Source of the DNA: Prasinococcaceae sp. CCMP 1430
Taxonomy: Eukaryota > Plantae > Prasinodermophyta
Reading direction: 5' to 3'
Length of the DNA stretch: 64,000 nt
Assembly (NCBI GenBank): GCA_013416795.1
Contig: RQSC01000397.1
Coordinates: 15,239 to 79,238, forward strand
Part shown: one piece after another, positions 33,403 to 45,216 of the stretch
How the letters are laid out: each line of letters begins with the position of its first letter
Numbering within the stretch: the stretch's first letter is position 1
The notes under the pieces: generated by a model
The model's input: only the letters and a program-made list of their open reading frames with translations
Database searches by the model: none
Told to the model about the DNA's origin: nothing
Position numbers and translations under genes: made by a program

Positions 33403-33630
33403 TAGGGCCTCATCAACCGTTTCCGCCTTTTCCTCTCGGCCTGGGGATGCAGCCGCCGGCCCAGCCGCCGGCGCCGCACACGCACGCACACACACACACA
33501 CAGNNNNNNNNNNNNNNNNNNNNNNNNNNNNNNNNNNNNNNNNNNNNNNNNNNNNNNNNNNNNNNNNNNNNNNNNNNNNNNNNNNNNNNNNNNNNNNNNN
33601 NNNNNNNNNNNNNNNNNNNNNNNNNNNNNN

Positions 33631-36284
33631 CGTCGGCCCGCTTCCTGTGCGCGGCGCAGTGGGACGCCGCCACGCGACGCTTCTACGCCGCTGCGAGCGC
33701 GGGCGGGCGCGACAGCGGCGCGCCCGCGCGCCTGGTCGCGTGGCGACACACGGATGCCGCTGCGCGCGTGTGCGCGCCGGACGCGCCCAGCGCTGAGCTG
33801 CCCGCAGAGCCCGTCGCGCTCTACTGCGCCCTGCCGCCCGACACGGCTGCCGCGCGTGCGGCCAGCGGCGTAAGCGACAGCGCGGAGGGTGTCGTGTGCG
33901 TGTTCTCCGACGGAGCTGTGGCCGCTGCCACTGTCGCTGGCGCTGCCGAGTCCGCGCGCGCGGGGGGCGCGGACGCGGCCGCCGGCGCGGCTCGGGGGCG
34001 CGCGGCACAGCGCGACGAGGTCGTGCTGACGTGGGCTGAGGGTGCCAGCGCAGGAGCCGCGAAGGGCCGTGGCAAGAAGACAGCGGCGAGGGGCGTTGCG
34101 GGCGCTGGCAGCCGTCGCGTGGTCGCATGCGCGGCCCCCGTCGCCGCGTCGCGTGGTGGCAGCCGCTTCGCTGTCATCGACGTCTCTGCAAACTCGGCGG
34201 GCGCGCTTCAGGAGGGCGCGGGTGCTGCGGCGCACTGCTCGACCGTGTACGAGCTGCGTGGCGGCAGTGCGGAAGCTGTGCTGGGGCCCGTTGCGCTGGA
34301 GCGCCCTGTGTGTGCGTCAGCCGCCACAGGCGGCATCGTGGCGGCCGCCCTCACAGCGGACGGCCTCGCGTGCGTGTGGGCTCCGGGCGCGCTCGCGTGC
34401 TACGCTTTCCGCCCGCGTGGCATACGCGGCGCGACGCTGGCATTCACGCGCGAGCTTGCGTCGTTCGGCATAGCGCCGATGCCTGCCCCAAATACCGCGG
34501 GGGGAGGCGCCGAGGTGGTCGCGGCCACCCCATCGCGCAAGCGCGGCGCTGGACGCGCGCGAGGGCAGCAGCAGCGGCAGCAGCAGGGGCAGCAGGGGGG
34601 CGACGCTGACGAGGTTGAGGGCGGCGCGGCGCACGGTGTTGTTTGCCGCATCGGCACATCTATGGTGGCAGTGGCAGGCGGGCGCGTAGGGGGCGCTGAC
34701 GGCGAGCTGCACGTGGTTGCGGTGGATACGCGCTTCGGTGTGGCCCACTCGACGCACTCGCTACAGCTCGCAAAGGCGCCTGGTGAGCTATCGAGCGCGG
34801 CCGCCGCACTCTCCGCGGCGCGCGCTCCCTCGCGCGTGCGGTTATCGACCGCGGCGGGCGAGGGCGCTGTGCTTGTGTGCTCGCACGATGCATCGGCGGT
34901 GATCGCCGTAACTCTTCCGACGCCCGCGCGCGTGGACCTCGCCGCGGCCTTGGGTTGCCTGCCGGCAGGCGCCAAGGGGGCACCCCCGCGTAGCGTGTCG
35001 CTCACGCCTATTTGGGCCCCGGCGCGTGCGCCCCTCGCCGCTGCGAGGGGCGATTCCAAACTGGCGACGAGTTGCCCGCTCACCGAGGTGGAGGGCTGCG
35101 TGTGGGAGAGCGATGCGATGGCGCGCGCGGACGACCTCGAGCGCGAGGCACTCTCAACCCTGCTCGACCCGGAGCGCACGCCCACGCAGGATGCATTCGC
35201 GGCCGTGCTGTACCCCTTCGTCTTGAGGCACTTTCCACAGCAGGCGCAGCAGCAGGCGCAGGCACAGCAGCAGGCACCGGCGCAGGGCGGCGAGACGAAC
35301 AGCAATCGCGCCGGCAGGGGCAACGGCGGTAGGGGCGGCAAGGGCGGTGGCCCAGCCGAGCGCAGCACGAGCGCGTATGAGCGCGTGCAGGCGCTGCGAC
35401 GTCGCGGGATGGGCCCATCCCTGAGCCCGCATTTCGCGTGCAGCATCGCTCGGCGCTGCCTGGTTGCGCGCTTCTGGCAGCCGCTCGAGCTACTGCTGTC
35501 GACGGGCCACGTGCTGAGCTCGGACGCCGACCTACCCGGCCTGTTCGATGCCCTGATCGAGGCGGCGCACCCTGCGCTGATCGAGCAGGCGTTGCTGCAC
35601 GTGCGGGAGGTGCGAGCGGCCGACCTAACGAGGCTAGTGTGCCTCTTCGTCGACAGCGAGCGGCGCGCACGCGAGTGCCCTGAACTCGCGGGCGCTATCG
35701 AGGCGGCCGCGGCAAAGCGACGCTCCAAGGCTGAGGCGATGCTCGCGAGCGCCGAAGGGCGGCGCGGCGGGCCCTCTCGCGAGGAGCTGCGCACGGTGTC
35801 GGTGGCGGTTGCCGCGCTTGACCGCTTCGACGCGGGCGAGCAGTGCCTGCACGCGCTGGTGGCAGCGCCGCGTGACCGCAACGCCGCGCGCGCTGCGCTG
35901 GCGGCGCTCGAGGGCGCGCAGGCGGAGGCACTGCTCCGCTACATGCTCACGTGGGCGCGCGCCTACCGCGAGGTGCCCGCCATGGCGCGATGCGCGCCGC
36001 ACAAGCGTCCGCTGCCGCGCGTGCCGTCGCTCTCGCGCGTTCTCGAATGGATGGGCCACCTGCTCGACGGCCACATGGCGAGCCTCGCGCTGCGCCCCGA
36101 TGCGCGCAAGGCCGCTGCCGAGCTCCGGCGGCGCGTGAGCGAGCAGCTGTCGGTTGCGCGCGCGTGCGCGCCGCTGGCAGGGATGCTCGTGCATGCGCAG
36201 CGCGCGCCGCGCGACGCCGCCACCGAGGTCATGGGCGCGGGACCCCCGCTCTACAGTGTGGAGGTCATGGAGGCCGCGCGGTAG
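33631..36284 (+). CDS. NOL11/Utp8-like nucleolar protein (5' end interrupted by gap 33504-33630)
   Basis: Long ORF with predicted beta-rich N-half and helical C-half (FWQPLELLL, LIEQALLHVREV, VLEWMGHLLDGH) ending LYSVEVM, similar to Utp8/NOL11 C-termini. Assignment by resemblance only. Confidence 0.5.
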
Positions 36285-36545
36285 GCTCGCGCTGCGCGAG
36301 GCGCCAACAGCCGCGGGTAAGCGAGTTGCCGTTCAGCGTCCCGTTCTCATTACGAAGGCGCGCTGATGGGTGCAATGTGAAGCCGCCTAGTGTGGCGCTC
36401 CCGCGATGGTCTGGCCTACGGGGACGGCGACGTGCCGATTGCCGTCGTTGACTTCCTCTTGTTGATATTGGCCCTGGGCAGGGCGTCGATTGCTGGTGCT
36501 CGAGGGGGGGACGAAGTGCGCGCGCACGGGCGCGGCCATGCCGCA

Positions 36546-38997
36546 TCAGGCGCACGTGCGCGCTCTCTTGTGTGGTCTTGGCGGCGGAGGCGGCGGCTTT
36601 TTCCTCATGTGCGCTGCCACTAGCGGTTTCACAGGCGAGGTGTGCTGCGTCTGCGGCACGACCAGCGAGGGTGCCTGTTGGCCCCACACGCCCATGGTGC
36701 TGCCGTCGTGTGCCTGCTGCTGCGTCTGCGAGTGGCCTGCCGGCAGCACCGGGGTCACCGGCGCTAGCGCTGACGCGTCGACGGCGCTCGGGAGCGGCAG
36801 CGGAGGCACTGAAAGCGTGTGTGGCGGGGGCTCCTTGAAGCCCGTCCTCTGGGCATCCACCGCAGGTGTAGGCGTCGCTCCGGATGCGAGCGCACTCGCC
36901 GGCGCTTGCATGAGGTGCGGAAGAACAAGTGGGGTGAGCTTGGAAATGTCGCGCCACCTGACGGCGCCGAGCCTGTCCGCGACGATGCTGTAGTGCGCCT
37001 TGGGAAAGTTGGTGCTGGCGCGCAGTAGGCCGTCGCGCTTGATCGCGCCGAGGTCATACGCGCGGGCGGCGAGCGCCTTGTCGGAATAGCAGCCGAGGTG
37101 CATCCGCTTGGTGGGTGCTTTATCGGGCGCGCCTTCCGGCCTCGCGCGGATCTGCGCCCGCCAGCGTTTTGAGTCCTTGAAGATGCCCTTGAAGTCGTCC
37201 GAACACGTGACCTCGCGGCTCGGCTGGTTGCAGATCCACGTGATCAGATCGTCCCACGAAATCGCGGAGAGGCCCTCAGCATCGTAGCGGTCGATGGAGA
37301 AGTTTGTGATGTCGTTGCTGCCCTCCCTTTTGCACGCCGCGAGGTCGTAGGCGACCGCCGCCTCGACCGCGGAAGGGTGCAGCCCGAGGTGCTGCATCGC
37401 GCCGTTGAGGCTGATCTCTGCTCGCCACAGCCCGCCGGGACCCTGCTTGCGCCGCACCCCGCGAAAGCCGGCGCCGTCCTCTGCTGCGCGTATCGCTGCG
37501 CCGTCGTTGGCCCTTGCGAGCTCCGCGAGCGCCTTCAGGTTGACCGCCTCAGGAGGCATGAAGGACGAAGTGGTGACGGGCGGCAGCATCGCCGCGGGCC
37601 TCGCGGCATTCGGCGCTCCTGTCGCTGGCGCCACGGAGGTTGTCGCACCAACGCATGCCGCGCCATTCGCACTCCCAACGACTTCGCCGTTGACGTACCC
37701 CCCTGGCGGTAGCACTGGGCCTTGCGCGTACGCGCCGCCTCCGAGTTGGTCACCGTCGCCCACGGGCGCAGCGGCGCCCGAGCACGGCGCGACGGCGCTT
37801 CCCGGGAGGTGGTGCGCGACCCTGGCAGTCGGAGAGAGCGCCCCGCTGTCCTCCGTGCCACCCAGGCCCCCCTCTTCGGCGGCCGCCAGGATCGACGTGG
37901 GTGTATACGGCTGCGGGCGCCCGACGAGGCTTCCACGGCGGCCGCCCGCGGCCGCCTTGATCGGACGGTGCCCTGCGACGAGGCCTCGGGGCATCGGCGG
38001 GACCGGCGGCAGCGTCGGAGGCAGCGAAGTGTTGCCACTGCTGATGGGAGTCATGGCGCTCCCGCCCGATTTCGCAGCCGGGGGGACCGTCGGCGATCTC
38101 TCGAGCACGTTGATGGTGGCCTCCGAATCGTGCTGTGGGGACGACCACGCGGCGCCGTTGCCGGCTTCGGCGGCGTCGGCAGGCGCGTGCGCGATAGAGT
38201 GCAGAGGGCCCTGCGACTGCAGCTCGGGTTCCCCCTGCTCCCCCGCACGCAGCGGTGGCACTGGCACGTCACGCGCGCCTTGCTGCGATGCCGCTGCGGC
38301 GGGCGGCGCCTGCTGCGAGTGCATGTACACACCTGCGAATGCGGGAGGCGGCATGTGCGGGTTGCCGCCAAAGTAGCAGTGCGACTGCGGCCCCGGTGGC
38401 TGTGGCGGCGCTGGCTCGATCGCGTAGGGCGCGTATGGCATAGCGATGGGCGTGCCCATCGGTCCGACCGTCCAGGCGTGCTGCAGCGCGGGCGACGGCC
38501 ACACCATCGGTGGGGGGGCCGGCAGCGGCATGGGCGACATGCCCGACATGCCCACACTACCAGCGGCGAGCGGCACACTGCTGCCGCCAACGCCCGCGCC
38601 GACGCCCATGCCGGCGAGTGCCGTCGCCGAGGTGGAGTGCGCGAGTCCCGCGGCCATCCCGCCGCTATATGGTGCCCCTAGCGAGGGCAGTAGCTGTGGC
38701 AGGCTCATCGCGGGAGACGGGGGCTTGCTGCCGCGCGGCGGCTGCTGCTGGGACGCCGGGGCGGCTGACTTCGCCGCAGGAGGCGCACCGGCGGCGCTCC
38801 TCGTTTCCAGCGCCGCGGTCGTCTCCGTCGGCGTCGCGGCCCCGCCCCGCGGCCCCTCCTGTAGCTGTCCTGGCGGCTCAGACGGTGGCCCAGACTGCGG
38901 CACATGCGCCGCCTGGGGCGACCTGTTGCTCGCCGTCCCCCTCCTCGCGCCCTCGCGCTGGCCCGCCCCCGCTCGCTTCGCCGGCGGCGCCGGCGGG
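36546..38997 (-). CDS. AP2/ERF transcription factor with two AP2 domains (5' end in gap)
   Basis: FRGVRRK...WRAEISL...HLGLHPSAVEAAVAYDLAA...TNF and FKGIFKDSKRWRAQIR...HLGCYSDKALAARAYDLGA...TNFP. Confidence 0.88.
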
Positions 38998-39564
38998 NNN
39001 NNNNNNNNNNNNNNNNNNNNNNNNNNNNNNNNNNNNNNNNNNNNNNNNNNNNNNNNNNNNNNNNNNNNNNNNNNNNNNNNNNNNNNNNNNNNNNNNNNNN
39101 NNNNNNNNNNNNNNNNNNNNNNNNNNNNNNNNNNNNNNNNNNNNNNNNNNNNNNNNNNNNNNNNNNNNNNNNNNNNNNNNNNNNNNNNNNNNNNNNNNNN
39201 NNNNNNNNNNNNNNNNNNNNNNNNNNNNNNNNNNNNNNNNNNNNNNNNNNNNNNNNNNNNNNNNNNNNNNNNNNNNNNNNNNNNNNNNNNNNNNNNNNNN
39301 NNNNNNNNNNNNNNNNNNNNNNNNNNNNNNNNNNNNNNNNNNNNNNNNNNNNNNNNNNNNNNNNNNNNNNNNNNNNNNNNNNNNNNNNNNNNNNNNNNNN
39401 NNNNNNNNNNNNNNNNNNNNNNNNNNNNNNNNNNNNNNNNNNNNNNNNNNNNNNNNNNNNNNNNNNNNNNNNNNNNNNNNNNNNNNNNNNNNNNNNNNNN
39501 NNNNNNNNNNNNNNNNNNNNNNNNNNNNNNNNNNNNNNNNNNNNNNNNNNNNNNNNNNNNNNNN
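38998..39564. other. Assembly gap (N run)
   Basis: Other gaps: 28835-28846, 32855-32903, 33504-33630, 40841-41123, 56695-57651, 61974-62875. ORFs spanning them are unreliable. Confidence 1.
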
Positions 39565-41164
39565 CGCGCGCCATGCGCGCGCCCGCGCGCCGGCACGCGC
39601 GCGCGCGCGTGGGGAGCGGGCAAAGGGATGTGAGGACGCCGGTGTGGATGAGACGCGTGTGTGGCGGGTGTGTGTGGGAGGGGAGGGGAGACGCCGGAAG
39701 GGCTGAGGCGCCCTTGGTACTATGACACGCGCCGCGACCCCAGTGACGCTGCCCTCTGTGTCTGTGTTATGCGCGTGGCGAGGGGATGTGCCTGGCCTCT
39801 CCCACCCCCGCGGGCTCTCCCGCGGCCCGCGGGCCGCCACCGGCTGGCGCGCGGATGTGGGGCCGGCCGCGGCTGTGGTGGTGCCGCGGCGCGGGCCACG
39901 GACGGGAGCCGAGACAGGTGGGGAGAGGGAGGAGGGCGCACGCGCAGGGAAGTTGGACTCCAAGCATCTAACCTCGGCCGCATTGAGTGAGCGACGCTGC
40001 CCTGCCATGCACGCCTCACAGTCGGCCCCCTCTCTTCCCCTTGTGCGCTAGCTGCGGGGCACAGCGCGCGTGCGGTGAGGCGGAATGCATCCACAGGCGT
40101 GGGTGACGCGCGTGCCAGGATCGTGCGCCGTCGCTGCGAGGCACCCCAGCGCCCAGCGCGCACACCCCTGCTTGCCCCCAGTGGCTGGGCCCCGCCGCGA
40201 TCGAGCCTCCCGCCGACCGAGCCTGCCAAGAGCACGCGCCCAAGAAGGTTCCGGCCCGACCCAAGGCGGGAAAATGATTCAACGACGTGGCGGCGTGCGT
40301 GGAGCTCGCGCGAGTAGACGAGCAGATCAGAAAAAGCTTTAATGCCGCTTCGCTCGGAGCTCGTCGACGCGCCATTTTTTTTCTTGCCCGAGCGAACGAT
40401 CGCATCGCGTCGCCTCGCTCGGGCGGACTGGTCGAACGGCCCCGCCAGCCAGGCGTCGATCGATCGGTCGCCCCGGCTCGGGGCGGAGGCGGGCGGCCCG
40501 CGGCTCGCCTCGCGGTGTGGCGACTCTCGGGTCGATTCGCGTGAAAGCAACGTCGATCATGACGGGCCTCGATAAAGTAGGCAATTGAAGACGTCGATCG
40601 ATGTGTCCCGCCCATCGTGGGTCGATCGATCGGCCCATCGAACGGCGCGCAAACGCGTGGGCAGTGGTCGCTGCCCGGCGGCGCGCGTGTCCTGATTCGC
40701 GAGTGCGTGTCCGCCGAAGCGTGTCCCCACTCGACGAGAGCGGGGGGGTCCCTCTCCGACACGGGGCCAAAACGAAGGGGCGCGGCGGCGGCGGTGCCCG
40801 TTCGCGATCGGCGGCCGGCGGCTGCGCGGCGGCGGGCGACNNNNNNNNNNNNNNNNNNNNNNNNNNNNNNNNNNNNNNNNNNNNNNNNNNNNNNNNNNNN
40901 NNNNNNNNNNNNNNNNNNNNNNNNNNNNNNNNNNNNNNNNNNNNNNNNNNNNNNNNNNNNNNNNNNNNNNNNNNNNNNNNNNNNNNNNNNNNNNNNNNNN
41001 NNNNNNNNNNNNNNNNNNNNNNNNNNNNNNNNNNNNNNNNNNNNNNNNNNNNNNNNNNNNNNNNNNNNNNNNNNNNNNNNNNNNNNNNNNNNNNNNNNNN
41101 NNNNNNNNNNNNNNNNNNNNNNNGCGGCAAGGCGCGCTGTTTCAAGGCGCGCGCGCCGTCCTCG

Positions 41165-42880
41165 ATGCCGCGGGCGGCGGCGGCGGGCGCCGCGATGTTC
41201 AGGCCTCCGAGCGCCGCGGCAGTGCTGGCAGCGGGCTGCGCCGCGCTGATCATCGCGGCGCCATCGAATCCCATCGACGGCTCGCACTCCGCCATGCTCG
41301 CGGGCCCTTTCAGGATGGCGACGGCGATCCGCTGGTCGTTCGAGGACTCATCGGCGGCGACGCAGGCCAACTCCACGGGCGTGATCGCCGGCGCCACCAT
41401 CGCGACGTGCGGGGCGTGCATCTTCTGGACTGACTTTACTGGCAAGCTTCTGCGCGTGCCGGCGGAGCCCACCGATTGCGGGGTCGACTCGGATGACCCC
41501 GCGATCGCCATCGCGCCCTGCATTGAGCTCGACCTGAGCATATCCAACGGCAACGACGATGCCACTGGTGCGCAGGAGCTATCATCGTACTCTCAGGTGC
41601 CGCAGGTTCGCTCCTTCGATCCTGCGGTGTTCTCGGGCATGAGCTCGCTCGCGACGCTCAACCTTGGCACCGAGTACCCCGTCGCTGAACTCCCGGAGAC
41701 GCTCTTTAGGGGACTCGGCGCACTGTCGAGTTTACAATTTCAGTTCCATTCGCTCGCGAGCATCCCCGAAGGCGTGTTCGCCGGCCTCGCCAACCTGACC
41801 TTCCTTGGCCTGCGCGAGAACTCTCTCTCGACCATTCCCGCCGGCTCCTTCACAAACCTCAGCAAACTCGAGTACATATCCCTGCGCTCCAACGGCCTCA
41901 GGGAGGTTCCCGCCGGCCTCTTTGACGGTCTGAGCGAGCTCCGAGAACTCGACCTAATGAGCAACACCTTCACGGAACTGCCCGAGGGGATCTTCGATGA
42001 CCTCGTGAAGCTGGAATACCTGCGAGCGCCCAACAACAACCTCCGGTCGATGCCGAAGCAGGCGTTCAAGAATCTGGGGGCGCTGACGTGGCTGGGACTC
42101 AAGGTGAACCTATTTCAGGACATGCCGGCCGACTTTCTCACCGGTCTTACCTCCCTGCGCGTGCTGGACCTAAGCGACTGCTGGCCGCTGGGCACGCTGC
42201 CACCGGGCTTCTTCGAGCCCGCGCCAAACATCCGTGCCCTCTACCTCGCGCGCTCCCAGATCACCAGCCTACCGGAAGGCATTTGGGACCCGCTCACGGA
42301 TCTGCGCGTGATGAACTTGCAAGGCAACGCCGAGGACTTCTGGTAAGGCGCGCGCGTGGAGTCTCTCGGCGCCAAGTTGCTGGCGCATTTGTCCCGCTCC
42401 GAGCTGACGCGCGTGTGCTGCTGCAGCTATCCGACCCCGCTGCCCGACACGTTCCCAAAGTCCGTGGCAGACATTGACGACTCCATCTTCAGCGAGAAGT
42501 TTCCCTACCCCCTCGATCCGCTGCACTCGGATGCGCTCACACAGGCGACCGTCGGCGCCCCGGCGTGCCGCGACGACACCGATCAGATCGGGGCCGCCTT
42601 ACCCCCCCCTGCCGCAGCTGACGGCGCGCTCCTCGTCGACGCCGAGCAAGCCTCTTCCACGGACCAACAGTTGCTCACCCCCTCCACCAGCTCGTCGTCG
42701 TACCAATGTAGCTGCCAGTGCAGCTCCGCCTCGGCGACCAGCGCGGCGCAGGTGGTGGGCACCATCGCAGTGGACGTGCCGGCCGGGGGGTCGAAGCCAA
42801 GGTGCTGGTGTCTGGCGACCTGCGTGAGGACATGCGTGGATGCTGGGCAGAGCTTCAAAGGGGTCGGACCTTGCACGTAG
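41165..42880 (+). CDS. Probably secreted leucine-rich-repeat protein with Cys-rich C-terminus (intron 42343-42426)
   Basis: Signal-like AAAVLAAGCAALIIAA; ~10 tandem 24-aa typical LRRs (IPEGVFAGLANLTFLGLRENSL); spliced GNAEDF/CYP cap; CSCQC...CWCLATCVRTC...GPC tail. Start approximate, next to a gap. Confidence 0.8.
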
Positions 42881-43100
42881 ATGGCCGCGTTCGCTTCGCA
42901 ACGTCCGTCTGTACCATCTTGCCCGGCTGGATGCGTTCGCGCGTCCTGCGCGCGGTCACAACAACTCAGGGCGGTGAGCCGCAGCGCGTGAAGCGATCGC
43001 ATCGGAGGCGGTGGCGGCGCGGCGCCCGAGTTGACGCTGGGGCATGGCGTACGAGAGATAGGAGGCAACTGCTGCAATTTTGCTTTCCTTCCGTGCCTTT

Positions 43101-44825
43101 TTAAGCCTCCAGATTTTGTTGCACGGGTCCGCGTGCTCTCTTCCGCTCGAGTCTTGCCTCCGCTGCGACAATGTTTGCCCCGAGGCGCCTCGCAGACTCT
43201 TCGATCTGGGCGAGCCTGCCGTAGACAAACCAAACCCCTTCAACAGCTGTGGGGTCACCGCTCATGATCGCGCTGCCACGCAGTGCAGGTTCTACGAGAA
43301 AGCCGTCGATGCCGCCGTGAAGCGCTTGCCGAGCATCCGGTGGTAGAAGGGTGCGGAATTGCTCCAACGTGTGGTAGCCAGTACAACAAATAATTGCATC
43401 ACATGGCAGCACGGTGGCCGCGTGCCCCTGCGCACGCACCACCGCCCCCTTCGGCGTCAGCCCAGACAACGCGGCATTCTCGATCCGAATGTTGCCGGCG
43501 ATGACGTGCTTAACGGCGCCCACGTCCATCGTCGCGACTTTGGACGATTTGTGAATGTGCTCGATGTATCCACAGGACCCATTGCCTGGCAGTGTCGCGA
43601 GGCCGAAGGGACGCAGGTCTCCTCTGGGTGCGCCCATTCGCTCCCACTCTTGGAAGGCCCGTCTCGCAAGCCAGGCGTCCTTCAGCTTGTCGATGATGTC
43701 AGCAAGAATGGACGGCACTGCAGCGAGTAGGCCGCCAAGCCATCCAGTGCGTGCGAGTTCGGTGGCTACGTGGCGTGGAAGTTCAAGGTACCGTGGAAGC
43801 CTCTGCCAGTCTCCGTACGGACCGAGTGGCACCGTGCCACGCGACGCTGGGTCTCTCACCAAGGCGACCACTTCCTCCGCCACCTCGGCGAGATCGAGGG
43901 CAATTTCCATGCCGCTATTGCCGAAGCCGCACACCACCACACGCTTCCCAGCGAAGGGGCGCGAATCGACGTATTCCGAGGAGTGGATGACGTCTCCGTG
44001 AAAGGCATCAGAGCTCGACAACACCCCATCTGGAAGGCGCGGTCGGTTATAGAGGCCATCGGCGAACACCACGTGCTTGCACAGAAAGGCGGCGGCGCGA
44101 CCGCTGGTGTCGCTCGCGAGCACACGCCAGCGAAAGCCCCTCTCGACCTCTCGCTCGTTCGCTCGCGCGACCCCCGTCACGTCCATGCCACCCCGCACGT
44201 CCGCTCCACACGCAAGCGCGTACGCATCAAGATAGTTGGCATAGTCCGCCGACGGAACGTAGCGTGGAAAGAAATCGGGCATGCCCCAGTAGGGAAGCTG
44301 GCAGAACTCCGCGACGTCGTGGAGATGCAATCGAGCGTACCTCTTCCTCCAGCGGTCTCCCGGAGTCGCATTTCGCTCCAGGTTTATGCACCTCAGACCC
44401 GCGGCGCGAATGCTGGCAGCTGCTGCGAGCCCGGCCGCCGCGGCACCGATAATGACGGCATGCACCTCCTCCTCGTAGGAGCCTCTTTCGATGTCTGGCG
44501 AATTCAACAAGCTCATGTATATGTGGTCTGAGCTATGCGACGTTCCGTTGCGCTTGGTGCTCGGGTCGGCGGCCCCAACGGGCACGTGCCAGGTGTAGTC
44601 CACCCGCGGCGAGACAGAGTTCGGACCAAGGGCCGTCGCGCGCCACTGTCCCGGCGCAAGCCGCTGTTGGGAACGAGCTGAACGACGCGTCGCCCCACGC
44701 CTCCTCCCGCCAGTGCAGCCAATGAACGTGGCCTCCAAGACCCATCGCGCAGCACTCCACATCCAGACAATCACGCCAACAATGGCCATCTTCACCCGCA
44801 TCGACAACGTGGCGGCCGGCACCAT
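43101..44825 (-). CDS. YUCCA-like (class B) flavin monooxygenase
   Basis: FAD motif VIIGAAAAGLAAA, WRKRYARLHLH, FMO motif FHGDVIHSSEY, NADPH motif VVCGFGNSGMEIALDL, DAIICCTGY. Start codon approximate. Confidence 0.85.
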   Translation of the reverse strand: MVPAATLSMRVKMAIVGVIVWMWSAARWVLEATFIGCTGGRRRGATRRSARSQQRLAPGQWRATALGPNSVSPRVDYTWHVPVGAADPSTKRNGTSHSSDHIYMSLLNSPDIERGSYEEEVHAVIIGAAAAGLAAAASIRAAGLRCINLERNATPGDRWRKRYARLHLHDVAEFCQLPYWGMPDFFPRYVPSADYANYLDAYALACGADVRGGMDVTGVARANEREVERGFRWRVLASDTSGRAAAFLCKHVVFADGLYNRPRLPDGVLSSSDAFHGDVIHSSEYVDSRPFAGKRVVVCGFGNSGMEIALDLAEVAEEVVALVRDPASRGTVPLGPYGDWQRLPRYLELPRHVATELARTGWLGGLLAAVPSILADIIDKLKDAWLARRAFQEWERMGAPRGDLRPFGLATLPGNGSCGYIEHIHKSSKVATMDVGAVKHVIAGNIRIENAALSGLTPKGAVVRAQGHAATVLPCDAIICCTGYHTLEQFRTLLPPDARQALHGGIDGFLVEPALRGSAIMSGDPTAVEGVWFVYGRLAQIEESARRLGANIVAAEARLERKRARGPVQQNLEA

Positions 44826-45216
44826 AACGGCGAACGAAATGCCGGGCTCGGCCACGCACGTGACGGCGCTGGAGCGTCTTGGAGCCGCTCGGCTCAATCG
44901 GCTGTACGTGTTCTGCCCCCCACCCCCCCTTCCACACACACACACCTATGAATAAACGCCCGCGGGCAGTCTGTATTCTTGCCTTCGCCCCCCTCGCGGG
45001 GCGCGCTGGGCGGCTCCGAGCCGGCCGTGCTCGCAGCGCCGGGTCGGCTCCGTCTGCACCCGTCTTCCCCTCTGCCTCCGCCTCCGTCCCGGGGCAGGCC
45101 CACAGCGTGCAGGCGCGCTTTGTGGCGCTGCCGCCCCATTCGACTGCCAAAACGTGTGCGCGTGAAAGAAAATTGCACAAAAACATTGTGCGGGCTGGAG
45201 GCACATGATGATGTTT

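Noticed and set aside
33210-33440. Minus-strand frame ending ...PKKAKSAPPTH, and a TGATGA...CTGA pair resembling a C/D or U3 snoRNA
   Set aside because: Codon usage is AT-rich unlike real genes here; boxes are ~200 nt apart with no U3 box A/B or terminal stem.
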